Origin: Candidatus Uhrbacteria bacterium
Lineage (GTDB): Bacteria > Patescibacteriota > Patescibacteriia > UBA9934
Direction: 5' to 3'
DNA length: 50,058 nt
NCBI GenBank assembly: GCA_018664485.1
Contig: JABJOE010000009.1
Coordinates: 142,635-192,692, forward strand
The notes below the pieces were generated by a model. That model was not told where the DNA came from, did no database searches, and was given only the letters and a program-made list of their open reading frames with translations. The position numbers and the translations under genes are program-made. Every line of letters starts with the position of its first letter. Within the stretch, counting starts at the first letter, position 1. Below, piece after piece: positions 6,990 through 15,947 of this stretch.

Positions 6990-9104
6990 CTACAACCTCT
7001 TTAAACGTAGAGAGTTGAGTAACACCGATATCGATGAGAATGCCATCGCTCCGGCTGCAATCATAGGATTTAGAAGCCCTAATGCTGCGAGCGGAATGCC
7101 GAGTGCATTGTATATAAATGCCCAGAACAAATTCTGTTGAATAGTTCCAAACGTTTTTCGAGAAATCAATATCGCCTCAGGGATCTTTGATGCCTCTCCA
7201 CCAATAATCACGATCTGACCAGATTCAATAGCGATGTCCGTTCCAGTCCCCATGGCAATTCCCAGGTCTGCCTGGGTTAGAGCTGGAGCGTCATTAATAC
7301 CGTCACCCACGAACACTACACGCTTCCCTTCCTGCTGTGCCGCTTTTACCAGATTCAACTTATCTTCAGGGAAAATCTCAGCATGTACATCAGTAATTCC
7401 AACAAGTTTTGCAATCGCCTCGGCCGTACGTTTATTATCACCAGTAAGCATTACTGGGTTAATGCCCAGTTTACGCAGTTTACGTATAGCATCATGTGCA
7501 CCGTCTTTGAGAGGATCAGCAACAGCAATAGCTCCGATACAAATCCCACCTTGCGATACATACACTACGGTCTTCGCTTCCCGCTCCAGTCGCTCCACTT
7601 CTTCTGAAGGAACCTCATCAGTCCCTGGCACGAATCCAGACCTCCCAATTTTAATCTCAACGCCACCCACAGACCCGACCATACCCTTCCCGGTTTCTGA
7701 CTGAGCATTGGTCACAGGTGAAAGTTTTGCACCACGCTCTTCCGCTGTACGCACAATAGCAGCAGCTAGAGGATGCTCAGACGAAGCTTCGAGTGAAGCC
7801 GCGAGTGCGAGCAATTCATCTTCCGAAACACCGCTTGTCAGCACATCGGTGACAGCAGGTTTACCCTGTGTAATGGTTCCCGTTTTATCCAACATTACTA
7901 CATCTAGATTCTTTCCACGCTCGAGAGCCTCTCCAGACTTAATAAAAATCCCACTCTTGGCAGCACGTCCGGTACCTACAAGAATAGCCGTTGGAGTTGC
8001 AAGTCCAAGCGCACATGGGCACGCAATGACGAGCACCGCTACAGCCGGGATGAGTGCCGCGTAAATATCACCCGTAACAATCATCCAAACCACAAATGTC
8101 AGCAACGCAATTCCGATTACCACCGGAACAAATATTCCAGAGATACGATCGGCTAACTTTTGCATCGGCGCCTTCTGTGCCTGAGCGTTTTTTACAAGTT
8201 CAATAATTTGTGAGAGTACCGACGTTTCTGACGTTGCAGTAATCCGCACCTTCAATACTCCTGTCTGGTTCACCGTCGCTCCATATACTTCTAAATCAAC
8301 GGCTTTTTTGACCGGAATACTCTCACCCGTAAGCATAGATTCGTCGATAGTTGATGACCCCTCTATCACAACTCCATCAAGTGGAATTTTCTCTCCTGGC
8401 TTTACCAGGACAACATCACCAATTTTAAGCGCGCTTACGTCAACATCGCTCACCGATCCATCTTCTCCGATCAAATGAGCCAACTTCGCACCTAGCTCCA
8501 ACAGCTTTGCAATAGCTTCACCGGCACGTCCTTTGCTCAACGCTTCAAAATACCGACCCATCAAAATCAAAGCCGTTATAATTGCCGCCGTTTCAAAGTA
8601 TACGTCTCCGCCTTGCGTCATCGACCAAATACTGAACAATACAGCGGCAAGTGTACCCATAGAAATTAGGCTATCCATGTTGGCAGACTTCTTTTTAAGC
8701 TGTTTCCAGGCCGTCTTGTGAAATTCCATTCCCGGGCCAAAGACAACTACTAATGTTAGCAGCCCCTCAATGTAAGTACCGTAAGGAATATCGATCTTAA
8801 ACATTGCTATAACAAATACCGGTAATGCCAATAGTCCCGCTATAATAGCTTTTCGTTTTGCCGCGCGGGCGTCTTTTAAATGCTCATGTTTTGCGTCTTC
8901 CTCAGCAATCACTTTGTATCCTTCACTTACAACTACACCATGCAATGCAGACGGATCATCCGAATCACTTTCCACCGTAGCTTGGGCCATCGCGTAATTT
9001 ACTGTGGCGCTTTTAACTTCCGGTAAGTCCGTAAGAGACCCTTCAATCTTTACAGCACAGGAAGCACAATGCATTCCTGAAATTTTAAATGTATGTTTTG
9101 TCAT
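6990..9104 (-). CDS. copA: copper-translocating P1B-type ATPase
   Basis: N-terminal [15 protein letters not shown], the CPC motif ([12 protein letters not shown]), DKTGTIT and [11 protein letters not shown]. Confidence 0.92.
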   Translation of the reverse strand: MTKHTFKISGMHCASCAVKIEGSLTDLPEVKSATVNYAMAQATVESDSDDPSALHGVVVSEGYKVIAEEDAKHEHLKDARAAKRKAIIAGLLALPVFVIAMFKIDIPYGTYIEGLLTLVVVFGPGMEFHKTAWKQLKKKSANMDSLISMGTLAAVLFSIWSMTQGGDVYFETAAIITALILMGRYFEALSKGRAGEAIAKLLELGAKLAHLIGEDGSVSDVDVSALKIGDVVLVKPGEKIPLDGVVIEGSSTIDESMLTGESIPVKKAVDLEVYGATVNQTGVLKVRITATSETSVLSQIIELVKNAQAQKAPMQKLADRISGIFVPVVIGIALLTFVVWMIVTGDIYAALIPAVAVLVIACPCALGLATPTAILVGTGRAAKSGIFIKSGEALERGKNLDVVMLDKTGTITQGKPAVTDVLTSGVSEDELLALAASLEASSEHPLAAAIVRTAEERGAKLSPVTNAQSETGKGMVGSVGGVEIKIGRSGFVPGTDEVPSEEVERLEREAKTVVYVSQGGICIGAIAVADPLKDGAHDAIRKLRKLGINPVMLTGDNKRTAEAIAKLVGITDVHAEIFPEDKLNLVKAAQQEGKRVVFVGDGINDAPALTQADLGIAMGTGTDIAIESGQIVIIGGEASKIPEAILISRKTFGTIQQNLFWAFIYNALGIPLAALGLLNPMIAAGAMAFSSISVLLNSLRLKRL

Positions 9105-9115
9105 ATTAATTTATT

Positions 9116-9236
9116 GAATGAGTCGAGATATTCGAGTTTAATTTCGGCTAACAGACAGCAGTCGAGGCCTGGTCCGGCTCCGCCGGATACTCTCGCTGTA
9201 AACAGAGGCCCCATAAGCCAAAAGTGGTCCAACTAA
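9116..9236 (-). repeat. intergenic palindrome element, copy B2
   Basis: Minus strand reads GTTGGACCACTTTTGGCTTATGGGGCCTCTGTTTA + TATCCGGCGGAGCCGGACCAGGCC + GCCGAAATTAAACTCGAATATCTCG. The 36-nt block 9200-9235 matches 9361-9396 at 34/36. Confidence 0.8.
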
Positions 9237-9240
9237 CCAG

Positions 9241-9397
9241 AACTTTGATATTCGAGGTTAGTTTAGGTGAACGGGTGGCATAATAGGGATTTAGATAGTT
9301 GAGATCAATTTTGGTGCATGGAGATGTTTTGTCGAGACGTACCTACAGTACGTTGAGGCTAAACAGAGGCTCCATAAGCCGAAAGTGGTCCAACTAG
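9241..9397 (-). repeat. intergenic palindrome element, copy B1 (starts at the stop codon of the upstream gene)
   Basis: Minus strand reads TAGCTAGTTGGACCACTTTCGGCTTATGGAGCCTCTGTTTAGCCTCAACGTACtgtagGTACGTCTCGAC...CTCCATGCACCAAAATTGATCTCAAC. Confidence 0.8.
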
Positions 9398-10744
9398 CTA
9401 GATCCCAGGGGTTACAATCATTGTTCCACGTATCATCCCCATTGAACAACTAAACGTAAACCTCCCAGTCTCTGTAGGAGTGAACTGAACAAGATTTTTA
9501 CCCGTACGTAAATTTTCATTTACACCGAACGCGGGCAAGATCAACGTATCTCCACATCCCATGTAATCATCTCCGTTAATCGTCCAGTCAACCGGAATTC
9601 CCTCCTGTACCGTAAGCGTGCTCGGACTATATCTCCCACGACTCGTCATATCCATTTCAATCTGTTGACGACCATCTACCAGAACTATATCTGCAGCTTC
9701 TTCCTGCGTGACATCTGAAGCAAATACAGTATCTGGACTAATACCGAGTAAAGTCATTCCGTTTGTTACGTTACTGATCCCCAATATAAGAACGATTACT
9801 CCGGCAAACTGAGTTACCTTCTTGAGAGTATCTCCAGACGCATACGATGTAGCGCCACCAATACCAAGAAGTACTGGAGCTGTTCCAATAGCAAATATCG
9901 CCATCACCATCCCAGACTGGATTGGATCTTGAAGTGTAAGCGCAAATAACTGCATAGACTGCGTGAATCCGCACGGTAGAAAGAATGTCATTGCACCGAG
10001 AGCCATCGGAGCTTTCGGGTCCTTAGATTCAGCCAAGTCATGCACTTTATGCGCTAGCCATTTCGGCATACTAATAACATTCGAAGGAAAAACACCCATC
10101 AAATTGACTCCGATTGCAATCATCATCAAAGCAACGATAACAACGAATATTCCGTTTAACGCTGGACTCAATTGAAGTGCTGACCCTGCATAACCAATAA
10201 CGGCACCAAACGCAAAGAACCCAAGGACTCGTCCAAGGTTAAATAGTATATGTGGCTGGAATCTCTCCCTTGGAGTCATGCCCTCCTGATCTTTTGCAAC
10301 GGCACTACTGACAGCCGCGACCAATCCACCGACTACCGCGGTACACGATGACAACGACGCAATCACACCGATTATCAGAATCCCCACAAGGCTTGCAGGA
10401 GCAGCTGATGAAGGACTTAATCGCAATACTCCAAGTCGGTCTAAAATTATATAGAGCGACAATACGAATACCGCAGCCGCACCAACGCGCTGCCAATTTA
10501 TTCTCGGTTTTTTCTTGTTACCTCCTTTATCTTTTTTACCGACATGATAATCATGCTTTTCAAGGAAGGCGGTCAATTCATGATGAGTGTATCTGCGGTC
10601 CCCTGTTGTCTCAAGTTGAATCTGTCTTTTACTGTGAGAAACATCGACCGACACAATATCCGGTTGCCTCTTTAACTCCCGCTCAATAACGACTTCGCAA
10701 CTCTTACAGGTGGTGCCGCGAACGAAAAATTGTTGTCTTGCCAT
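9398..10744 (-). CDS. HMA domain / multi-TM (TauE/DsbD-like) / C-terminal cupredoxin-like fusion protein
   Basis: N-terminal GTTCKSCEVVIE (CxxC), about 6-7 hydrophobic spans including FFLPCGFTQS, and a C-terminal beta-rich region ending FSCSMGMIRGTMIVTPGI. Confidence 0.75.
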   Translation of the reverse strand: MARQQFFVRGTTCKSCEVVIERELKRQPDIVSVDVSHSKRQIQLETTGDRRYTHHELTAFLEKHDYHVGKKDKGGNKKKPRINWQRVGAAAVFVLSLYIILDRLGVLRLSPSSAAPASLVGILIIGVIASLSSCTAVVGGLVAAVSSAVAKDQEGMTPRERFQPHILFNLGRVLGFFAFGAVIGYAGSALQLSPALNGIFVVIVALMMIAIGVNLMGVFPSNVISMPKWLAHKVHDLAESKDPKAPMALGAMTFFLPCGFTQSMQLFALTLQDPIQSGMVMAIFAIGTAPVLLGIGGATSYASGDTLKKVTQFAGVIVLILGISNVTNGMTLLGISPDTVFASDVTQEEAADIVLVDGRQQIEMDMTSRGRYSPSTLTVQEGIPVDWTINGDDYMGCGDTLILPAFGVNENLRTGKNLVQFTPTETGRFTFSCSMGMIRGTMIVTPGI

Positions 10745-10790
10745 AGAAAATAAAAAATTAGGATTTCAAAAACTTGAAGGTCCCAACGGC

Positions 10791-11177
10791 TCATTCTCTC
10801 TTTTGAATTGTGAGATGACGTTTTGAATCTAATAATGGCTGACTGTCTCGTATAGACTCTTCACGCTTTTCAATTATAGCGTGGTAAAACCGCTCATGAT
10901 CAATATCTCCATCAAAGGAAATATCTACTGCCTCAAGCGCTGTAGGTAAAGGGGCATGATCTTTAATAGCTCGCAAACAGTGTTCAACGCAGCTTGATTG
11001 AGGCGACTCCTCACAACTACCATCCATACAGTCCATACCCGGCATCATCTCCGCATCCATCTGCATACCGCCATCAGTAGCATGCACAACATGAAGATTT
11101 GGAACGGCAAAAGAAACTGTAAGTAACAATACTGCTACCCATCTCTTTCGAGTCAAGACTGAAAAACTCTTAAACAT
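10791..11177 (-). CDS. secreted Met/His/Cys-rich protein, possible copper-binding
   Basis: Signal-like N-terminus, then HVVHATDGGMQMDAEMMPGMDCMDGSCEE. It is the first gene of the copper cluster. Confidence 0.6.
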   Translation of the reverse strand: MFKSFSVLTRKRWVAVLLLTVSFAVPNLHVVHATDGGMQMDAEMMPGMDCMDGSCEESPQSSCVEHCLRAIKDHAPLPTALEAVDISFDGDIDHERFYHAIIEKREESIRDSQPLLDSKRHLTIQKRE

Positions 11178-11231
11178 GGCTATATGCTATCAGACTATAG
11201 TAGCTAAGCGCAATATCTATATTACATAAAG

Positions 11232-11392
11232 AAAAACAGGATCTACACCTGTAAATCCTGTAAGCGTGCTCCGTGACGCCACCCCGCAGCCCCGTGAGAT
11301 GGGCAGCCGCTACGGGATGACGTCTGCTCGGGAGCAGGAAGTCGAGCAATGGCCAAGAGGCCAAACGTGACACGGCGAAGGTAGCGAGTGTC
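11232..11392 (-). ncRNA. candidate ~160-nt GC-rich transcript or leader upstream of the copper cluster
   Basis: Bounded by TTGACC-N17-TAAGGT (11399-11427) and the hairpin plus T-run at 11232-11260. No ORF. The body is GC-rich and self-complementary. Confidence 0.3.
11237..11260. promoter_or_regulatory. 24-bp near-palindrome containing a TACAnnTGTA cop-box-like core
   Basis: CAGGATcTACAccTGTAaATCCTG has 20/24 symmetric positions, with core TACACCTGTA at 11244-11253, 60-83 nt upstream of ATG 11177. It could equally be a terminator stem (a T-run follows on the minus strand). Confidence 0.45.
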
Positions 11393-11456
11393 GGTAAGAC
11401 CTTAACAATCATTAAAGGTGTGGTCAAATGATGGATGGTAATATTGTTTAATTTTA

Positions 11457-11490
11457 GCGAAAAACAAAACACCCGCCCCAAGGCGAGTGC
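11457..11490 (-). terminator. terminator of the 11509..12189 gene
   Basis: Minus strand reads CACTCGCCttggGGCGGGTGttttgttttt. Confidence 0.7.
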
Positions 11491-11508
11491 TTTGAAGCTT
11501 CTTTAAAA

Positions 11509-12189
11509 CTACCGTTTATTTGTGAGGTCCTTTGAAAGCTGGTTCAAAATTCGAGAAGCATACTCACGTCCACCGAGTCCAAAGGCTAATCCACCGGCAA
11601 GTGCAATCATTGCAACGAATCCTGTAAACAATACCTGGATCAATTCCTGTGCAATTCCAAGCTGCACCAGTGCCGCCATAAAGCTGAACACAACTATTGC
11701 CCAACGTGACAACCCAGCCAAAAACTGAGAGCTTGTCATCTTAGCGGCATCAAGCGCGCCTTTGACAACGCCCTGTGTGAAGTTAGCGAGAATGATTCCA
11801 ACCAACAATATAATAACCGCTATCAACACGTTTGGAATATATCCAACAACGCTTGTAAGGAAGATGGTAACCTGATCCCAATCGAGAGCGTCAGCTGCAG
11901 CGATCAATGCCACGATAATAACGAACCACTTTACGATCCATCCAAGGAATGCAGCAACGTCCAACTTAACGCCTGCACGTGCAAATAAATTCTTCAGCTC
12001 TACCCTTTCAACCAGCTCATCGATTTTAAAGAGTCTGATAACTCGTACAACCGTTGATCGCAGAAGATTAGCTACTAGAAGTCCCAACAGGAATACAACT
12101 ACTGCGAAAATTAGCTTCGGAAGAAAGACTACTGACTGTGCCCAAAGGTTTACAAACGCGCCCTCTAAAATACCTACGTAATCTGGCAT
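11509..12189 (-). CDS. conserved TM-helix-repeat membrane protein (small mechanosensitive-channel-like)
   Basis: 226-aa ORF with repeated hydrophobic helices separated by short charged linkers. Confidence 0.65.
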   Translation of the reverse strand: MPDYVGILEGAFVNLWAQSVVFLPKLIFAVVVFLLGLLVANLLRSTVVRVIRLFKIDELVERVELKNLFARAGVKLDVAAFLGWIVKWFVIIVALIAAADALDWDQVTIFLTSVVGYIPNVLIAVIILLVGIILANFTQGVVKGALDAAKMTSSQFLAGLSRWAIVVFSFMAALVQLGIAQELIQVLFTGFVAMIALAGGLAFGLGGREYASRILNQLSKDLTNKR

Positions 12190-12254
12190 AATATTATCTT
12201 TATATAAGAAATTAAAATTGTGTTCATTGTAAAATCAGGTGCACACATGCATGA

Positions 12255-12656
12255 TCACGACCGTCCCAGAGCATCTTTGTGTGAAATCGTAATGCGTGGA
12301 CTATGCAAATATTCCGGCACTAATACCGATACAGACTCTCCATCCTCCCCTGCTCTTTTTATCGTTATCGCGTCATCTTCGTCTGGATCCTTCTTTACAG
12401 CATAGAGCGCGGTTCCTTGAACGAAATGAACAGTTTGCAGAATCGACAAGATAGAACGTAATGCCGTAGCCGACCCTGGACCTACAACAGCATAAATAGC
12501 CTCTATATTCTCCCACCTAACGGCAGCATCCTTCAGATACGTATCAATGGACGCCAAGTAACCCTCTGTTTCGGTCTCGATTACATCTACCGCCCCTGAC
12601 TCAACGTCACCGAGTACCAGCCGCCGGATGTCTTGGCCATTTACGTATAACTTCAT
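12255..12656 (-). CDS. short TsaB-like protein (N-terminal half of the t6A accessory protein)
   Basis: AVVGPGSATALRSIL resembles the TsaB GPGSFTGLR motif. It is only 133 aa. Confidence 0.5.
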   Translation of the reverse strand: MKLYVNGQDIRRLVLGDVESGAVDVIETETEGYLASIDTYLKDAAVRWENIEAIYAVVGPGSATALRSILSILQTVHFVQGTALYAVKKDPDEDDAITIKRAGEDGESVSVLVPEYLHSPRITISHKDALGRS

Positions 12657-12662
12657 AACTAC

Positions 12663-13325
12663 CTAAATCAACTTCTCAGATATATTATTTACCATTATAA
12701 CATTATCTGACTCAATCAAGGAGAGAACAAAACGGTCTTTTACTTCTAGCCGATACATGAATTCCTCACGTGGCATAAACGTATAGTTCACCTCACGTGC
12801 AATCTCTTTTTCAAAAGTAGCAATCTCTTTTTCAATAGCATCCTGATCAAACCCTCCTACAACCAGAAGATCAGTTTCTACATCCGAATTATCAACAAAA
12901 CGTCCAGTGAGCAAAAGCAGATCCAACGACCCATGCTTCTCGAGAGCTCGAGCAAATGTTTTGTTCATCAGAACAAGTGCCTTTTTCATGATAGCGCGTA
13001 GCTCTTTGAAAAACGGCCCCTCCTCATTAGCTTTATAAAATTTCTTTCTGTCTTTCTTCTTTTTCTCCTCTTCACTTTTAAAAGTATTTCCGTCTACTTC
13101 CAAAATGATACCTAGCTCAATAAGGTTTTGTAATTCACGACGAACAGAGTTAAGCTGTGCATCTATTTTGCGAGTAATTTCGCGAACATAGAAAGGCCTC
13201 GCTGCATTATCCAAAAACAAACTTAACAACCTAACTCGGGTCTTTGACCCAAAAAGTTGTTCAATGCGGAAGTCCTTTTCCTCCTCCACAATTTCTTCTT
13301 TCTTTTCTATAGCTTTTCGAGGCAT
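12663..13325 (-). CDS. winged-helix (ArsR-like) transcriptional regulator with a C-terminal extension
   Basis: TRVRLLSLFLDNAARPFYVREITRKIDAQLNSVRRELQNLIELGII is wHTH-like. Confidence 0.6.
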   Translation of the reverse strand: MPRKAIEKKEEIVEEEKDFRIEQLFGSKTRVRLLSLFLDNAARPFYVREITRKIDAQLNSVRRELQNLIELGIILEVDGNTFKSEEEKKKKDRKKFYKANEEGPFFKELRAIMKKALVLMNKTFARALEKHGSLDLLLLTGRFVDNSDVETDLLVVGGFDQDAIEKEIATFEKEIAREVNYTFMPREEFMYRLEVKDRFVLSLIESDNVIMVNNISEKLI

Positions 13326-13403
13326 ACATTATGTGTTCATTAATCTTGTGCCTCCTGCCATGATTGTATAATATAGTAGTACACCTGTATAGAACCCTGT
13401 CAT

Positions 13404-15566
13404 ATGATCATCAAATCAGCCAAATTTGCGAGCGATTCCAATAAACAAGAGGGTTTGGTTCGTTCATACCTACTTACCGCCCCAAAAGACCAGGGCACTG
13501 TCTTTGCAGTTATACGATTTTTAGGGAAAGAAGACAACATTCGCACACGTATAGCTGACGCCATTCAGGAACGTATTTCAGGGCTCGAGAAGACACTTAC
13601 AGAATCTGGCAACATTCCACGACGCTTTGAGCAGTTCCTTCAAGCGCTAAATCAAGACATTTCAACTATCTCGAACGAGGAAAAACTTATCCCCTTTTCT
13701 GATATACACGTAATCTTAGGAGTTTTGAAAGATAAGCAGCTTTTCGTAAGTGGCGTTGGAAATCTCCATGCGCTATTCATGAACAGAACGGCAAAGCAAC
13801 GTTTTGTGATTTACGAGCTAGATAAGCAACTACAAGTTCAAGAAGAACAAACATGGGACAAACTATTTTCAACTGTCCTGGACGGAGAACTTCACCCTGG
13901 AGACATTTTTTATATCGCTAATCGAGTTTCCGCTCGAGATATCTCGCTTGCAGAACTTCAAGACATTCTAGTCACGCTACCTCCCTCAGGAGCGCTCCAG
14001 CGGATATCCCAGCACCTAAGTCCAAAATCTGTATACACATCTGTCTGCTTCCAGATCACTGAACCAAGTCGTGGAGGTGCACCGGCAAAAGTTAATCCAA
14101 TGACATCCGTTGAACATCTCGGTAAAACCAAAGAAGAAACGGAGCAGCTTCTTGGAGAACAGGAGCCAGATATCGGACGTACAATTCATCGATTGATGAA
14201 GCCCCTACTACAGGCTCTTTCAGCACCGGGAACAAAAGGCTCTCAAAGTATCATCAAACGACTTCTACACCTTGTAATACGCACACTAATGATCGTATTC
14301 ACATATACGGTTAAAGGAGTCTCGTGGATACTAAAAAGTCTCTGGCACGTCATTACACATATCCCACAAATATATAAACGAGGCAGCGGAATGATTAAAC
14401 AGGAGCCTACGCCAAAGCAACGTATGCAGAATGCTATTGGTAAATTTAACGATCTTTCTCGACCTACGAAGATAGCGAGCTTTGGATTCGTTGGTGTTCT
14501 TGCGATTATTATTGTGAGCGTTCGGGTGCTAAACGGGTATCAAGCACATCAGGCTGAACAAGCATCCCAAACCCTGATAATTACAAGCATTGAAGAGAAG
14601 CAAACAGAAGCTCAAGCGCGGCTAATTTACGATGATGATGACGAAGCGCGCCAACTTATTTCAGAAGCATTTGCCCTACTTGAAACTCTACCAAGCTCAA
14701 CAGACAGTAGCGTGATTGATGGATTGCGTAATGATCTACAGACTGTTCTACTATCAATTCAAGGAATCGAACCTGTTAGTGTGACGACGATTGCAAGCCT
14801 TTCGTCCGATCAACCAGATTCAACACTTGTAGATCTATTTAAGATAGATGAAACTCTCTACGCGCTATCACAAGAACAATCACTCTATGACATCGATGAA
14901 TTGAGCGGTGCTTTTGTACAACTAGAGTTAACCGCAAGCTCAGTCGACTCCATAGTTATTGTAGGGAACGAATCAGACACGTCATTCCTAACAATCGATG
15001 CAAACCAGCAGCTTGGGCGAGGATCTCTTATAGATAACGCCCTCACACCTATTGTGAGCGGTGTAAACGACCTCGCGAGCGTTGAGGACTTACTGACGTA
15101 CAATGAAGCGCTCTACGTTCTAACAGCTGACGGTGATCAGATCATTAAGATGCGAGCACGTGGAGACGGGTATGAGGCTGGAACATCTTGGGTAACATCA
15201 TCAACGTCATCATTAAACGACGCGCGGTCAATTACAATTGACGGAGATGTATACGTACTCACAAGTGAACAAATCTTGAAGTATAGGTCTGGACGAGAGC
15301 AAGGGTTCACACACGAAACGATCGACCCATCACTATCCAATCCTATTGATATTTGGACCGATACTGAATCTTCATACATATATATACTAGATCCGGGTGA
15401 GCAACGGGTTATCGTGATAGACAAAGATGGAGACTTGATCGCGCAGTACCGAGCCGATGAAATAGCCGGTGCTACTTCCATGGTGGTGCAGGAAGATCAA
15501 CATCGTATACTGGTCGCAACAAATACCACACTATTCTCCTTCCCAACTAGCCACCTCCTTCAGTAG
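13404..15566 (+). CDS. large hypothetical protein with a central TM segment and a beta-rich C-terminal domain
   Basis: 720-aa ORF with TM FGFVGVLAIIIVSVRVL. The C-terminus has repeated Y-V-L / D-x-I motifs suggesting a propeller. No catalytic motif recognised. Confidence 0.7.
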   Translation: MIIKSAKFASDSNKQEGLVRSYLLTAPKDQGTVFAVIRFLGKEDNIRTRIADAIQERISGLEKTLTESGNIPRRFEQFLQALNQDISTISNEEKLIPFSDIHVILGVLKDKQLFVSGVGNLHALFMNRTAKQRFVIYELDKQLQVQEEQTWDKLFSTVLDGELHPGDIFYIANRVSARDISLAELQDILVTLPPSGALQRISQHLSPKSVYTSVCFQITEPSRGGAPAKVNPMTSVEHLGKTKEETEQLLGEQEPDIGRTIHRLMKPLLQALSAPGTKGSQSIIKRLLHLVIRTLMIVFTYTVKGVSWILKSLWHVITHIPQIYKRGSGMIKQEPTPKQRMQNAIGKFNDLSRPTKIASFGFVGVLAIIIVSVRVLNGYQAHQAEQASQTLIITSIEEKQTEAQARLIYDDDDEARQLISEAFALLETLPSSTDSSVIDGLRNDLQTVLLSIQGIEPVSVTTIASLSSDQPDSTLVDLFKIDETLYALSQEQSLYDIDELSGAFVQLELTASSVDSIVIVGNESDTSFLTIDANQQLGRGSLIDNALTPIVSGVNDLASVEDLLTYNEALYVLTADGDQIIKMRARGDGYEAGTSWVTSSTSSLNDARSITIDGDVYVLTSEQILKYRSGREQGFTHETIDPSLSNPIDIWTDTESSYIYILDPGEQRVIVIDKDGDLIAQYRADEIAGATSMVVQEDQHRILVATNTTLFSFPTSHLLQ

Positions 15567-15584
15567 ATTGCAATTTATTACAAA

Positions 15585-15616
15585 CAAAAAACCCGCGGAT
15601 TTCCGCGAGTTTTTTG
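15585..15616. terminator. bidirectional terminator
   Basis: aaaaaaCCCGCGGAtttCCGCGAGtttttt. Confidence 0.7.
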
Positions 15617-15622
15617 AACTAA

Positions 15623-15847
15623 CTATTTCTTGCAACTCTTTGAACAACCCTTGAGCATCTCTACAGCTAGCCAAACTCCTGAAAGACCTACCAAGATGTA
15701 GATCAATGCTACGAGCCATGGCCATGTGCCGAAGATAGCTTCTACAAGGTTCCACTCAAAACCACCAACTAGTCCCCAGTTGATACCTCCAAGAGCCAAA
15801 AGCCACTTTGCGACCATCATTAGGCCAGTACACTTTCCATCTTTCAT
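15623..15847 (-). CDS. DUF378-like small membrane protein
   Basis: LALGGINWGLVGGFEWNLVEAIFG matches the DUF378 GG(L/I)NWGLVG pattern (from memory). Confidence 0.65.
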   Translation of the reverse strand: MKDGKCTGLMMVAKWLLALGGINWGLVGGFEWNLVEAIFGTWPWLVALIYILVGLSGVWLAVEMLKGCSKSCKK

Positions 15848-15947
15848 ATTGAACGATGTTATTGAATTAAACGTATTCTGTAATTTACAATATCAATTTT
15901 ATGTGAAGCTCCGTAGGCTCTGTCCACACCCGGCAAGAAAATTCTTA

